A stretch of DNA of 41,367 nt, from the NCBI GenBank assembly GCA_036679605.1, contig JAZDCZ010000392.1, positions 1-41,367 of the forward strand, in the 5' to 3' direction. Position 1 is the first letter of the stretch. Each line of letters starts with the position of its first letter. Below the pieces are notes generated by a model that saw nothing but the letters and a program-made list of their open reading frames with translations, searched no databases and had not been told where the DNA came from. The position numbers and the translations under genes were made by a program. Of the stretch, positions 10,294 to 19,022 are shown in pieces. Source of the DNA: Gemmatimonadota bacterium (GTDB taxonomy: Bacteria > Gemmatimonadota > Gemmatimonadetes > Gemmatimonadales > GWC2-71-9).

Positions 10294-11463
10294 GTGGGAT
10301 CCCATACTGGATGGCATTTTCTTCAACTCCCAGGGCCGACCAACGTGCCTGGCCGCGTATTGAGGGCGATGGATCGCCCTACTATCGATCACCGCGGACA
10401 AGAATTTGCGGACCTCACGCGCGAAATCCTAGCGGAGGTCGGCCAGGTCTTTCAGACCTCTGGCAAGGTGGTGATCTATCCAGCGTCGGGCAGTGGCGGT
10501 TGGGAATCAGCGCTCGTTAATACACTGTCACCGGGTGATGGCGTGTTGTTGTTTGACCACGGGTTCTTTTCTTCCCAATGGCGCACTGTGGCAACCCGCC
10601 TCGGTCTCGACGTCGAGTATGTACCGGGTGACTGGAGGGTGGCGGTGGATCCAAGTGTAGTAGAGGATTTGTTGTCGCGTGACAAGGACCGGCGCTTCAA
10701 GGCAGTACTGATTGTCCACAACGAGACCTCGACAGGCGTGACCAATCCCATTGCCGACATCAGAAAGGCGATCGATGCAGCGGGCCATCCTGCCTTATTC
10801 ATGGTTGATGTCGTCTCCTCTGTCGGATCGATCCAGTACCGACATGATGAGTGGGGTGTGGATGTGTCGGTCGCGGGATCGCAGAAGGGCCTGATGCTTC
10901 CACCCGGTCTGGGCTTCAATGCGGTGAGCGAGAAGGCGCTCGCCGCATACGAATCTGCGAATCTTCCTAGATCGTACTGGGATTGGAAGGAGATACTCAA
11001 GTTTAACGAGGATGGGTTTTTCCCCTACACGCCTGCGACGAATCTGCTCTATGGCTTCCGTGAGGCGCTCGAGATGCTGAGTGAGGAAGGGCTGGACAAT
11101 GTGTTCGCCCGACACCTGCGCTTGGCCGAAGCTGCGCGCAGTGCCGTCGAGTCGTGGGGGCTGGAGATATTCGCCAGAAACGCAGATGAACGGAGTCACA
11201 GCTTGACCGCTGTAATGACGCCGGATGGTCACGATGCCGACCACTTGCGGAGCGTTATTCTCGAGCGCTACGACATGTCACTGGGTGGGGGGCTGGGAAA
11301 GCTCAAAGGCAAGGTCTTTCGTATCGGTCACCTTGGGCATTTCAACGAGCTGATGCTGGCGGGTACGCTCTGCGGCATCGAAATGGGGTTGAGCGCGGCA
11401 AGTGTTCCGTTCTCTCGTGGGGGAATCAATGCGGCACTCGACCAACTTATTAGAGAATCGTAG
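10294..11463 (+). CDS. Class V PLP aminotransferase, serine/alanine-glyoxylate aminotransferase-like
   Basis: HFLQLPGPTNVP, HNETSTG, GSQKGLMLPPG (PLP lysine), FRIGHLG. Confidence 0.9.
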   Translation: MGSHTGWHFLQLPGPTNVPGRVLRAMDRPTIDHRGQEFADLTREILAEVGQVFQTSGKVVIYPASGSGGWESALVNTLSPGDGVLLFDHGFFSSQWRTVATRLGLDVEYVPGDWRVAVDPSVVEDLLSRDKDRRFKAVLIVHNETSTGVTNPIADIRKAIDAAGHPALFMVDVVSSVGSIQYRHDEWGVDVSVAGSQKGLMLPPGLGFNAVSEKALAAYESANLPRSYWDWKEILKFNEDGFFPYTPATNLLYGFREALEMLSEEGLDNVFARHLRLAEAARSAVESWGLEIFARNADERSHSLTAVMTPDGHDADHLRSVILERYDMSLGGGLGKLKGKVFRIGHLGHFNELMLAGTLCGIEMGLSAASVPFSRGGINAALDQLIRES

Positions 11464-11503
11464 CATCGCCACGGAGATCTTTCGCTCGCTCGAGCGCCGA
11501 CGA

Positions 11504-12493
11504 TTGGTTGGATCTGAAGTAACGCGTCGTCTTGTGGTGGCGATGGGCTGTGTCATCGTAGCGGTAGGCTGCGTGGGCGACCGCGCCAAACCGCTCGAGC
11601 TGAAACTCGCCCACTCTGCCGCACCAGGGTCTCTCATCGCGATCTCGGCGGAGGAGTTTGCTCGCCGGGCCAACGAGAGACTCGGTGGTCGGGCGATCAT
11701 AGTGGTATTTGGATCTAGTCAGCTCGGCGGAGATCAGATAGTACTACAGAAGCTCAAGTTGGGGACGGTGGATATGTCCATACCGTCGACGGTCATGTCG
11801 TCTGTAGTCGATGCGTTTGCCCTATTCGAGATGCCGTATATCGTGGAAGATCGAGACCATATGCGGCGCATCGTGGACCAAGTGTTCTGGTCCGATCTGG
11901 AACCGTTGGCCGAAGCCAAAGGCTACAAAGTCTTGGCTGTTTGGGAAAACGGGTTCAGACACATCACAAATAACACTCGGCCGATCGTGACTCCAAGCGA
12001 TCTTGGGGGCCTCAAGATTCGCACTCCAAAGAGTCCTTGGCGAATGACGTTGTTCAGGACCTTTGGCGCCAATCCTACGCCCTTGCCCTTCGCCGATGTG
12101 TTCATGGCGCTCCAGACCGGTGTAGTAGATGGTCAGGAGAATCCACTTACCAATGTTGTGACCGCCAAACTCTACGAGGTGCAGAAATACCTATCACTCA
12201 CGGGCCACGTTTACAGTCCGGCATACCTGACGGTTGGTCTGGAGCATTGGAGCGAATTGCCGGAGGACGTTCGCGAGATCGTGGAGGAAACTGCGAGTGA
12301 AACGACGAGTTTTGTTATGGATAGAGCGGAGCAACTCGATGTTGACTTGCTAGCCGAGCTGAGGCGGACAGGCATTGAGATAAATGAGCCCGATCAGCAG
12401 GGTTTTCGAGACCTGAGCGGGGCTGTCTACGAGGAATTCGCCACTTCGGTGCGTGAAGGCGCCGCGTTGGTGGACGCAGCCCTCGCACGGTAG
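11504..12493 (+). CDS. dctP: TRAP transporter substrate-binding protein (copy 1)
   Basis: WENGFRHITN, GLKIR, ALQTGVVDGQENP. Start uncertain (TTG 11504 or ATG 11543). Confidence 0.9.
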   Translation: MVGSEVTRRLVVAMGCVIVAVGCVGDRAKPLELKLAHSAAPGSLIAISAEEFARRANERLGGRAIIVVFGSSQLGGDQIVLQKLKLGTVDMSIPSTVMSSVVDAFALFEMPYIVEDRDHMRRIVDQVFWSDLEPLAEAKGYKVLAVWENGFRHITNNTRPIVTPSDLGGLKIRTPKSPWRMTLFRTFGANPTPLPFADVFMALQTGVVDGQENPLTNVVTAKLYEVQKYLSLTGHVYSPAYLTVGLEHWSELPEDVREIVEETASETTSFVMDRAEQLDVDLLAELRRTGIEINEPDQQGFRDLSGAVYEEFATSVREGAALVDAALAR

Positions 12494-12554
12494 CATACTT
12501 GGGGTATACTCTCGCCCGTCCTGTCTGGTGGAACTTGGCCTGTGAGGTAAAAGC

Positions 12555-13373
12555 GTGCAGATCGATCAAGGGAAGTGTGTAGCGTGTGGTAATTGTGTTG
12601 CTGTTTGCCCTGTGGGTGCCATTTACATCGACAACGATGCGAGACGTGCCCGGGTAAACGCAGATGAGTGTGTCGAGTGCTACACCTGCTTTCGCGGAAT
12701 GAGCATGGAGCGTCTCAATCCGGTAGCTGTACGGCTTGTCCGCAGGGCTCTGGGCGCATTTCGCCTGCGTTTCGATCCCGAACCCGACGTATGCCCTACT
12801 TCTGCGATAGTGCCGGACGAGCTGAGTTGGCCACGAACGGTGCGTCGCGCTTTCAGCGACGTTACGGCCAAGCACGAGAGTACGGGAATACACGGCCGAG
12901 GTACCGAGGAGGTAAAGACCAACGATGTGACGAATCGAGTGGGACTCGGGGATGTAGGTTGTACAGTAGAGCTGGGTAGGCCAGGGGTTGGAGTCTGGTT
13001 TAGGGACGTGCAGCATGTTGCTCAAGGTCTAGCCAGAGCCAAAGTTCAATTCGAAGCGAAGAATCCAGTTACGTCGCTCATGTCCGATCAGGAAAAGGGA
13101 ACCCTCAATCCCGACATTCTCAATGAAAAGGTAATGTCGGCAATCATCGAGTTCAGAGTGTCGATGGAGGAGGTCGTGCACGTGTTGGGATTGCTACGAC
13201 AACTCGCCACGGAGATCCCAACGATCATGGCCATTGGCATCGCAACGCGGTGTGACGAGAACGGCGGCACCGAACTCGAGCAAATCCTGGAAGACTGCGG
13301 TTACGAGACTTTGCGGGCCAAGACAAATATCGGATTGGGACGGCCGGCTGCCGTACCTGCTGGTGTGGAGTGA
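12555..13373 (+). CDS. 4Fe-4S dicluster protein with uncharacterised C-terminal domain
   Basis: CVACGNCVAVCP and CVECYTC...CP; conserved-looking GRGTEEVKTNDVT and ELGRPGVG segments. Confidence 0.75.
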   Translation: MQIDQGKCVACGNCVAVCPVGAIYIDNDARRARVNADECVECYTCFRGMSMERLNPVAVRLVRRALGAFRLRFDPEPDVCPTSAIVPDELSWPRTVRRAFSDVTAKHESTGIHGRGTEEVKTNDVTNRVGLGDVGCTVELGRPGVGVWFRDVQHVAQGLARAKVQFEAKNPVTSLMSDQEKGTLNPDILNEKVMSAIIEFRVSMEEVVHVLGLLRQLATEIPTIMAIGIATRCDENGGTELEQILEDCGYETLRAKTNIGLGRPAAVPAGVE

Positions 13374-13382
13374 GGAGGATAG

Positions 13383-14057
13383 ATGACTCATACCCTGCAT
13401 AGGGCAGGCAAGTACGATGACGTCAAGGACGACTTCATTGTTTCCGTGATGCCGGCGAAGGGGCTCAACGACGATAACTCAGTCGAGATGCAGAAAGCGT
13501 TCCTCAAGATCGCGCTCAAACACAGCCCGGTGAATGTGGGCGACTCGACTAAGGGCTCCGAGTACAGACCGTCGAAGGACCTACGGCCTACCGTTCACTG
13601 GCATCGTGAGTCATCGCCAGATCCGGATCGGGTTGTGAAGGACGTGGACGGTCCCACCACCGCATCGGCTGTGTTCGACAACTTCGAGTCTGTGAAAAAT
13701 GTGGTAGCGGAGCTGCGGGAGTTAGACCTTGGAATATCTGTCAATATTGCGTCTGTCCCAAGCCGAGCGGTGGAGTGCTGTAACGAATGTGGTATCGTGC
13801 GGCACAGCGTCGAGTACTCGCTTGGTTTCCAGGGCAGTACCGAGCGTTTGCCGGACGACGATACGCTCCAGGTCAGCAGCATGTGTGGACATGGTATGGT
13901 GGCCGCGAACTTCGTACGCAAGATGCAGGACTGGGTTAGATGCGGCCGGCGAACGCCTGAAGAGGCGAGCAGATACCTTGCCAGGTTCTGTGTCTGTGGC
14001 AGCTTCAATCCGGCCCGTGCGCGTAGGATTCTCGAACGGGCGGCGGTGGGGAAGTGA
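13383..14057 (+). CDS. Uncharacterised Cys/His-rich protein, partner of the upstream ferredoxin-domain protein
   Basis: GAGGAGG RBS; MTHTLHR start; MCGHGMV and CVCGSFNP motifs; stop overlaps the next gene's start. Confidence 0.7.
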   Translation: MTHTLHRAGKYDDVKDDFIVSVMPAKGLNDDNSVEMQKAFLKIALKHSPVNVGDSTKGSEYRPSKDLRPTVHWHRESSPDPDRVVKDVDGPTTASAVFDNFESVKNVVAELRELDLGISVNIASVPSRAVECCNECGIVRHSVEYSLGFQGSTERLPDDDTLQVSSMCGHGMVAANFVRKMQDWVRCGRRTPEEASRYLARFCVCGSFNPARARRILERAAVGK

Positions 14058-15220
14058 GGGAGAAGGTATTCGCGCAGACGTGCTCTAGAGGGTACGGTCT
14101 GCTCGTGGCGCTGGTGGTGTTACCGTTGCTTGCTTGCGCACCGGGCGGTGAAGTCGACTCGCGATACTTCCCGCCTCCGGGCGAAAACTGGGAACATAGG
14201 GCGCCCGCTGACGTGCGGATGAATGCGGACCTCGTCAAGCAGGCGGTCGACTATGCCAAGACTCACGATAGCGAAACTGTACCGTACGATTATTCCGGTC
14301 ACGAAGAGAAGTTCGGCAAGTTGCAGGGTCCGCTTCCGGAGGAACGTGGTGGTCCCGCTGGTTTGATTATTAGAAACGGATACATCATCGCCGAGTGGGG
14401 TGATACGAGGCGAGTGGACCTCACGTTCAGCGTAACAAAGAGCTTCGTATCGACGGCTGTGGGCCTCGCCTTCGACCGAGGCATGATAGAGACCCTGCAG
14501 GATCCGGTGCAAGGATATGTACACGACGGTAAGTTCGACTCCTCACACAACGCGACCATTACGTGGCAACACCTGTTGCAGCAGACGAGTGAGTGGGAAG
14601 GAATGTTGTTCGGGAAGTCTGACACGGCGGACTTTTATCACCGCAGGAGCCGCGAACTCCCACGCCAACCACCTGGCACCTACTACGAATACAATGATGT
14701 GCGGGTCAACCTAGCATCGTACTCGGCTCTTAACGTGTGGGGGCGTTCACTGCCGGACGTTATCGAGCAAATGGTCATGGATCCAATCGGCGCCTCGGAC
14801 ACGTGGATCTGGCATGGTTACAGGACCTCGAACGTCGAGATCGACGGCAAGACCATCAACTCGGTGAGTGGTGGTGGGCATTGGGGCGGCGGTCTGTGGA
14901 TCAGTGCTCGGGATCTCGCGCGCTTCGGATACCTGTTTCTGAGGCGCGGTAACTGGGATGGTGAGCAATTAATATCGGCAACGTGGATTGATATGGCGAC
15001 AACGCCCAGTCCAATCCGCCCGGACTACGGATACATGTGGTGGCTCACTCCCGATAGTGCAGCGGCGCCTAATATGCCTGCCTCGACGTTTGCGGCGCGT
15101 GGCTACGGGTCGAATGTTGTATGGATCAATACCCCCCTCGACCTTGTGGTGGTGCTGCGCTGGTTCGGTGGCGATGCTCGCAAGTTCTTCGAACAGCTCG
15201 AAGAGTCGGTGGACAGCTAG
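14054..15220 (+). CDS. Serine hydrolase (beta-lactamase-related), probable lipoprotein
   Basis: SVTK (SxxK), YEYN, SARDLARFG, YGYMWW; lipobox LLAC. Confidence 0.85.
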   Translation: MREKVFAQTCSRGYGLLVALVVLPLLACAPGGEVDSRYFPPPGENWEHRAPADVRMNADLVKQAVDYAKTHDSETVPYDYSGHEEKFGKLQGPLPEERGGPAGLIIRNGYIIAEWGDTRRVDLTFSVTKSFVSTAVGLAFDRGMIETLQDPVQGYVHDGKFDSSHNATITWQHLLQQTSEWEGMLFGKSDTADFYHRRSRELPRQPPGTYYEYNDVRVNLASYSALNVWGRSLPDVIEQMVMDPIGASDTWIWHGYRTSNVEIDGKTINSVSGGGHWGGGLWISARDLARFGYLFLRRGNWDGEQLISATWIDMATTPSPIRPDYGYMWWLTPDSAAAPNMPASTFAARGYGSNVVWINTPLDLVVVLRWFGGDARKFFEQLEESVDS

Positions 15221-15228
15221 GTCTCCAG

Positions 15229-16263
15229 TTGATATCGGTCAATCCAACTATCTCGAGCGGTGCACGTAGGATAGCCTCTGCGGTCGGCCTCGTATTGTTT
15301 CTGGCAGGCGGTACGTCGGGGTGTAGAGGTTCGGCCGAAAACGAAGTGTTGCAACTCAAGTTCGGGCACGTCGGGGCACCGGGGTCGCTGTTTGCGGTGT
15401 CCGCCGATGAATTTGCTCGCCGTGCAAACGAACGGTTGGGGAGCAGGGCAAGAGTGGTGGTATTCGGATCCAGCCAACTGGGCGGTGACGAAACTCTGCT
15501 GCAGAAGCTCAAGCTTGGGACCGTAGATTTTGCCTTGCCGTCCACGATAATGTCGTCCACGATCGACGAATTTGGGTTGTTCGAGATGCCCTATCTCGTG
15601 GAGGATCGCGAGCACATGCGTCGCATCGAAGAGAAAATTATATGGCCTGATCTCGAGCCGCTCGCAGAAGAAAAAGGTTTCAGGATCATCGCCGTTTGGG
15701 AAAACGGCTTCCGTCACGTTACCAACAGCGCCAAACAGATCGTGCTACCGCAGGATTTGCGTGGAATCAAGTTGCGCACGCCACGCGGCAGGTGGCGTGT
15801 CAAGATGTTCCAGGCGTTCGGTGCGAACCCCTCACCGATGCCGTTGTCCGAAGTGTTCATTGCGCTCCAGACCGGTGTGATGGATGGGCAAGAGAACCCA
15901 TTGACCCAAATCTACAGCTCCAAATTTCAGGAAGTACAGCGTTACTTATCGTTGACAAGGCACGTATACACTCCTGCCTTCGTGACTGTCTCGATGACAG
16001 GTTGGAGCAGGCTGCCGGAGGATGTGCGTACAATATTGGCAGAGACCGCTCAAGAGACTCAGGGGTTTGTGTACGATACAGCGAGGAGGCTAGACTCGGA
16101 GCTGCTGAAAAAGCTTGAGAGAGAGGGCCTAACCGTCAACGACATCGATCGTCCTAGCTTCGTGTTGGCCAGCCAGCCGATCTACGATGAATTTGCCGAA
16201 TCGGTGGTGGATGGAAGGGCCTTGATCGAGCGTGCGCTCGACTTGAGGTCAGCCGAACACTAG
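15229..16263 (+). CDS. dctP: TRAP transporter substrate-binding protein (copy 2)
   Basis: WENGFRHVTN, GIKLR, ALQTGVMDGQENP; clearly paralogous to copy 1. Start uncertain. Confidence 0.9.
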   Translation: MISVNPTISSGARRIASAVGLVLFLAGGTSGCRGSAENEVLQLKFGHVGAPGSLFAVSADEFARRANERLGSRARVVVFGSSQLGGDETLLQKLKLGTVDFALPSTIMSSTIDEFGLFEMPYLVEDREHMRRIEEKIIWPDLEPLAEEKGFRIIAVWENGFRHVTNSAKQIVLPQDLRGIKLRTPRGRWRVKMFQAFGANPSPMPLSEVFIALQTGVMDGQENPLTQIYSSKFQEVQRYLSLTRHVYTPAFVTVSMTGWSRLPEDVRTILAETAQETQGFVYDTARRLDSELLKKLEREGLTVNDIDRPSFVLASQPIYDEFAESVVDGRALIERALDLRSAEH

Positions 16264-16309
16264 CGTTGCGCACCAGCGACCACATGCCGTCCTACCTCAC
16301 CGCCTAGGT

Positions 16310-16780
16310 ATGGCGTCGTTCCGCAAGAGATTCTCGACCGTACTGGAGTACGCTGTCATCGTGTTGATGGTGGCTCTCTCTGTGCTGGTCGTAACTGGTG
16401 TTGGGTTCCGGAAAGCCGGCGCAGCGCTGGTGTGGTACGACGAGGTGACTTCCATACTGCTCGCTTGGCTCACATACTATGGCGCCTGTTTGGCAGCGCT
16501 CAATCGCGCTCATATAGGATTCCCACGCCTTGTTCAGAGCTTACGACCGCCGTTTCGTCGCTATGTCGAACTTGTGCGTGAGTTGGTGGTGATTGGTTTC
16601 TTCGTCATTGCGGCCTGGGCGGGGTGGCAAGTTCTCCAAGTTCTGGACGGTAGCTACCTCATTAGCTTGCCGTGGATCCCCAGGCAAGTAACGCAGTCGG
16701 TGATACCGATTGGCGCGGTGTTGTTCATTGTAGCCGAGCTGCTCAATCTAGCCGAGCCTGGGGTGAGTAACACGGAATGA
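16310..16780 (+). CDS. dctQ: TRAP small permease
   Basis: About four TM segments; WYDEVTSILLAWLTYYGA...HI motif; lies between dctP and dctM. Confidence 0.9.
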   Translation: MASFRKRFSTVLEYAVIVLMVALSVLVVTGVGFRKAGAALVWYDEVTSILLAWLTYYGACLAALNRAHIGFPRLVQSLRPPFRRYVELVRELVVIGFFVIAAWAGWQVLQVLDGSYLISLPWIPRQVTQSVIPIGAVLFIVAELLNLAEPGVSNTE

Positions 16781-18060
16781 CAGTTCTCTTGCTGCTCCTG
16801 GCACTGATTGCTTTGATTGCGATCGATACTCCCATTGCCGTTGCGCTCGGCGTTATTGCAGTTGCAGCCATGGTAGTGTCGTCGGGGCCGGAGGTGTTGC
16901 CCAACGTTGCGCTCGTGCTGTTCGACGGCACGACCAAGTTCCCGTTGATAGCGATACCATTGTTCATCCTCGCCGGAGCCATCATGAACGCGTCGGGGAT
17001 CTCACAGCGATTAATCGCATTGGCCTCGGCGTTGTTTGGCTTCGTGAAGGGCGGTCTAGCGATGGTCACGATCGGAGCCTCACTTTTTTTCGCGGAGATA
17101 TCTGGATCCGCAGTAGCGGACGTTGCTGCGCTGGGTTCGATCCTGATCCCAGCGATGAAGGAGAAAGGGTATCCCACACCGTTCGCCGCCGCCGTTACCT
17201 CGTCCTCTGCCACGCTGGCGGTGATCATCCCACCGTCGATCCCTATGATTCTCTATGGTGTGATGTCGGGGAGTTCGGTGGTGGAATTGTTCGTGGCGGG
17301 CATCGTACCCGGTGTGTTGGGTGGTCTTTTGATGATGGGCGTGGCGCACCATATGGCGGTACGTCATGGTTATCCGATAGAAGAGTTGTTTCGGCTGCGG
17401 CGGGTGTGGAGCGCGTTCAAGGAAGCATTTTGGGCCTTGTTGCTGCCGCTCATCGTGCTAGGTGGAATTTTTGGGGGCTGGGTCACTGCAACCGAAGGGG
17501 CGGGGCTCGCAGTGCTTGCGGCAGTATTGATCGGTGCAGTTGTCTACCGCGAACTGAATATGCAGCGACTCAAACGTGCGATCATAGAGGGTGGTTCGCA
17601 GACGGCGGTCGTGATGCTGTTGGTGGCCACGTCTGCCCTCCTAGGAGAGTACCTAACAGAGGTTCAGGTCCCTCAGCGCATAGCGCAGGCTATCACGAGC
17701 TTTACGGATAGCCGACTTGTGATCCTCGCGCTGCTGAACCTGTTCTTCTTGGCGATCGGCCTATTCCTGCATTCAGCGGCTGCGATCATATTGGTTGTAC
17801 CGATCGTGATGCCGCTTGTGACTGCGGCGAATATTGACCCCGTTCATTTTGGGTTGATCGTCACACTGAACCTTGGTATAGGACAGCAGACCCCGCCTGT
17901 AGCGAGCGTGTTGGTGACGGCGTGCTCGGTTGCAAAGGCGGACATCTGGGAGGTCAGCAAGGCGAATGTGCGATTTGTCGCCGTGCTGCTGCTGGTGCTT
18001 ATTCTGGTTACGTACGTGCCATTCGTGCCGATGGCTCTCGTAGAGTTGTTTTATCGGTGA
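16777..18060 (+). CDS. dctM: TRAP large permease
   Basis: AIPLFILAG, ISGSAVAD, IIPPSIP, DPVHFG and TPPV motifs. Confidence 0.93.
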   Translation: MTVLLLLLALIALIAIDTPIAVALGVIAVAAMVVSSGPEVLPNVALVLFDGTTKFPLIAIPLFILAGAIMNASGISQRLIALASALFGFVKGGLAMVTIGASLFFAEISGSAVADVAALGSILIPAMKEKGYPTPFAAAVTSSSATLAVIIPPSIPMILYGVMSGSSVVELFVAGIVPGVLGGLLMMGVAHHMAVRHGYPIEELFRLRRVWSAFKEAFWALLLPLIVLGGIFGGWVTATEGAGLAVLAAVLIGAVVYRELNMQRLKRAIIEGGSQTAVVMLLVATSALLGEYLTEVQVPQRIAQAITSFTDSRLVILALLNLFFLAIGLFLHSAAAIILVVPIVMPLVTAANIDPVHFGLIVTLNLGIGQQTPPVASVLVTACSVAKADIWEVSKANVRFVAVLLLVLILVTYVPFVPMALVELFYR

Positions 18061-18242
18061 GGGTTATGCGGGAAGCGAGAGACGCGTGTTCCCACGAGTA
18101 AACTCGCGGCTCGGCGATCTGTCGCTGAAGCGACCGCGAATCTTGAACGTCACTTTAGTGACAATCAGCCGAGCGGCGGCTTCAGCCGTCGTACAAACAC
18201 GATGACACCCGCATCACTTACAAATGGAGCGATACGAAAGCC

Positions 18243-19016
18243 ATGTTGGGCGCATTGATCGGTGACATAATCGGATCCGTCCATGAATTCGATGCGCCTA
18301 AGCACACCGAGTTTCCGCTTTTCGATGGGGTGTGCCGATTCACCGACGACACGGTGCTGTCTGTGGCGGTGGCTGAATGCCTGATGACCGGGGCCTCGTA
18401 TGTCGACAAGTTCCACGAGTACACCAACGCCTATCCCGACCGATGTTACGGCGCCGGGTTCCGGCACTGGGTGGAGTCGGGCTCGCGAGAACCGTATAAC
18501 AGTTGGGGCAACGGAGCGGCAATGCGCGTGAGCCCTGTCGGCTTTGCCTTCAACGATCTCGAGGATGTTCTCGATGAGGCCAAAAGAAGCGCGGAGGTCA
18601 CACACAATCATTCCGAGGGTATCAGGGGAGCGCAGGCGACGGCAGCGGCCGTCTTTTTGGCTCGCCAGGGTGAGAGCAAGCGACGAATTCGCACAACTAT
18701 CGAGGAGAAGTTTTGCTATGACTTGAGTCGGACCGTCGCCGACATTCGGCCTCACTACAGTTTTAACGAGTCGTGCCAAGGCACGGTACCGGAGGCCATC
18801 ACCGCCTTCCTCGATTCGACCGATTACGAAGACGCCGTGAGACTAGCGATCTCGCTGGGTGGCGACGCGGATACGTTGGCGTGCATCGCCGGCGGCATTG
18901 CGGAGGCATTCTATGGTGGAGTTCCCCGGGACATTGCAGAGCGTGGATCGGCCCTATTGACCGAGGACTTGGCCGAGACGGTAAGCCGTTTTCGTGCCAG
19001 GTATGACTTGCCTTGA
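18243..19016 (+). CDS. ADP-ribosylglycohydrolase family protein
   Basis: MLGALIGDIIGS, FTDDT, GNGAAMR, TH, GGDADT motifs. Confidence 0.9.
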   Translation: MLGALIGDIIGSVHEFDAPKHTEFPLFDGVCRFTDDTVLSVAVAECLMTGASYVDKFHEYTNAYPDRCYGAGFRHWVESGSREPYNSWGNGAAMRVSPVGFAFNDLEDVLDEAKRSAEVTHNHSEGIRGAQATAAAVFLARQGESKRRIRTTIEEKFCYDLSRTVADIRPHYSFNESCQGTVPEAITAFLDSTDYEDAVRLAISLGGDADTLACIAGGIAEAFYGGVPRDIAERGSALLTEDLAETVSRFRARYDLP

Positions 19017-19022
19017 TCGCGG

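Noticed and set aside
18104..18192. GC-rich hairpins after dctM as an ncRNA or attC
   Set aside because: No AAC/GTT cores, no U-tract and no recognisable RNA family; at most a terminator-like or REP-like structure.
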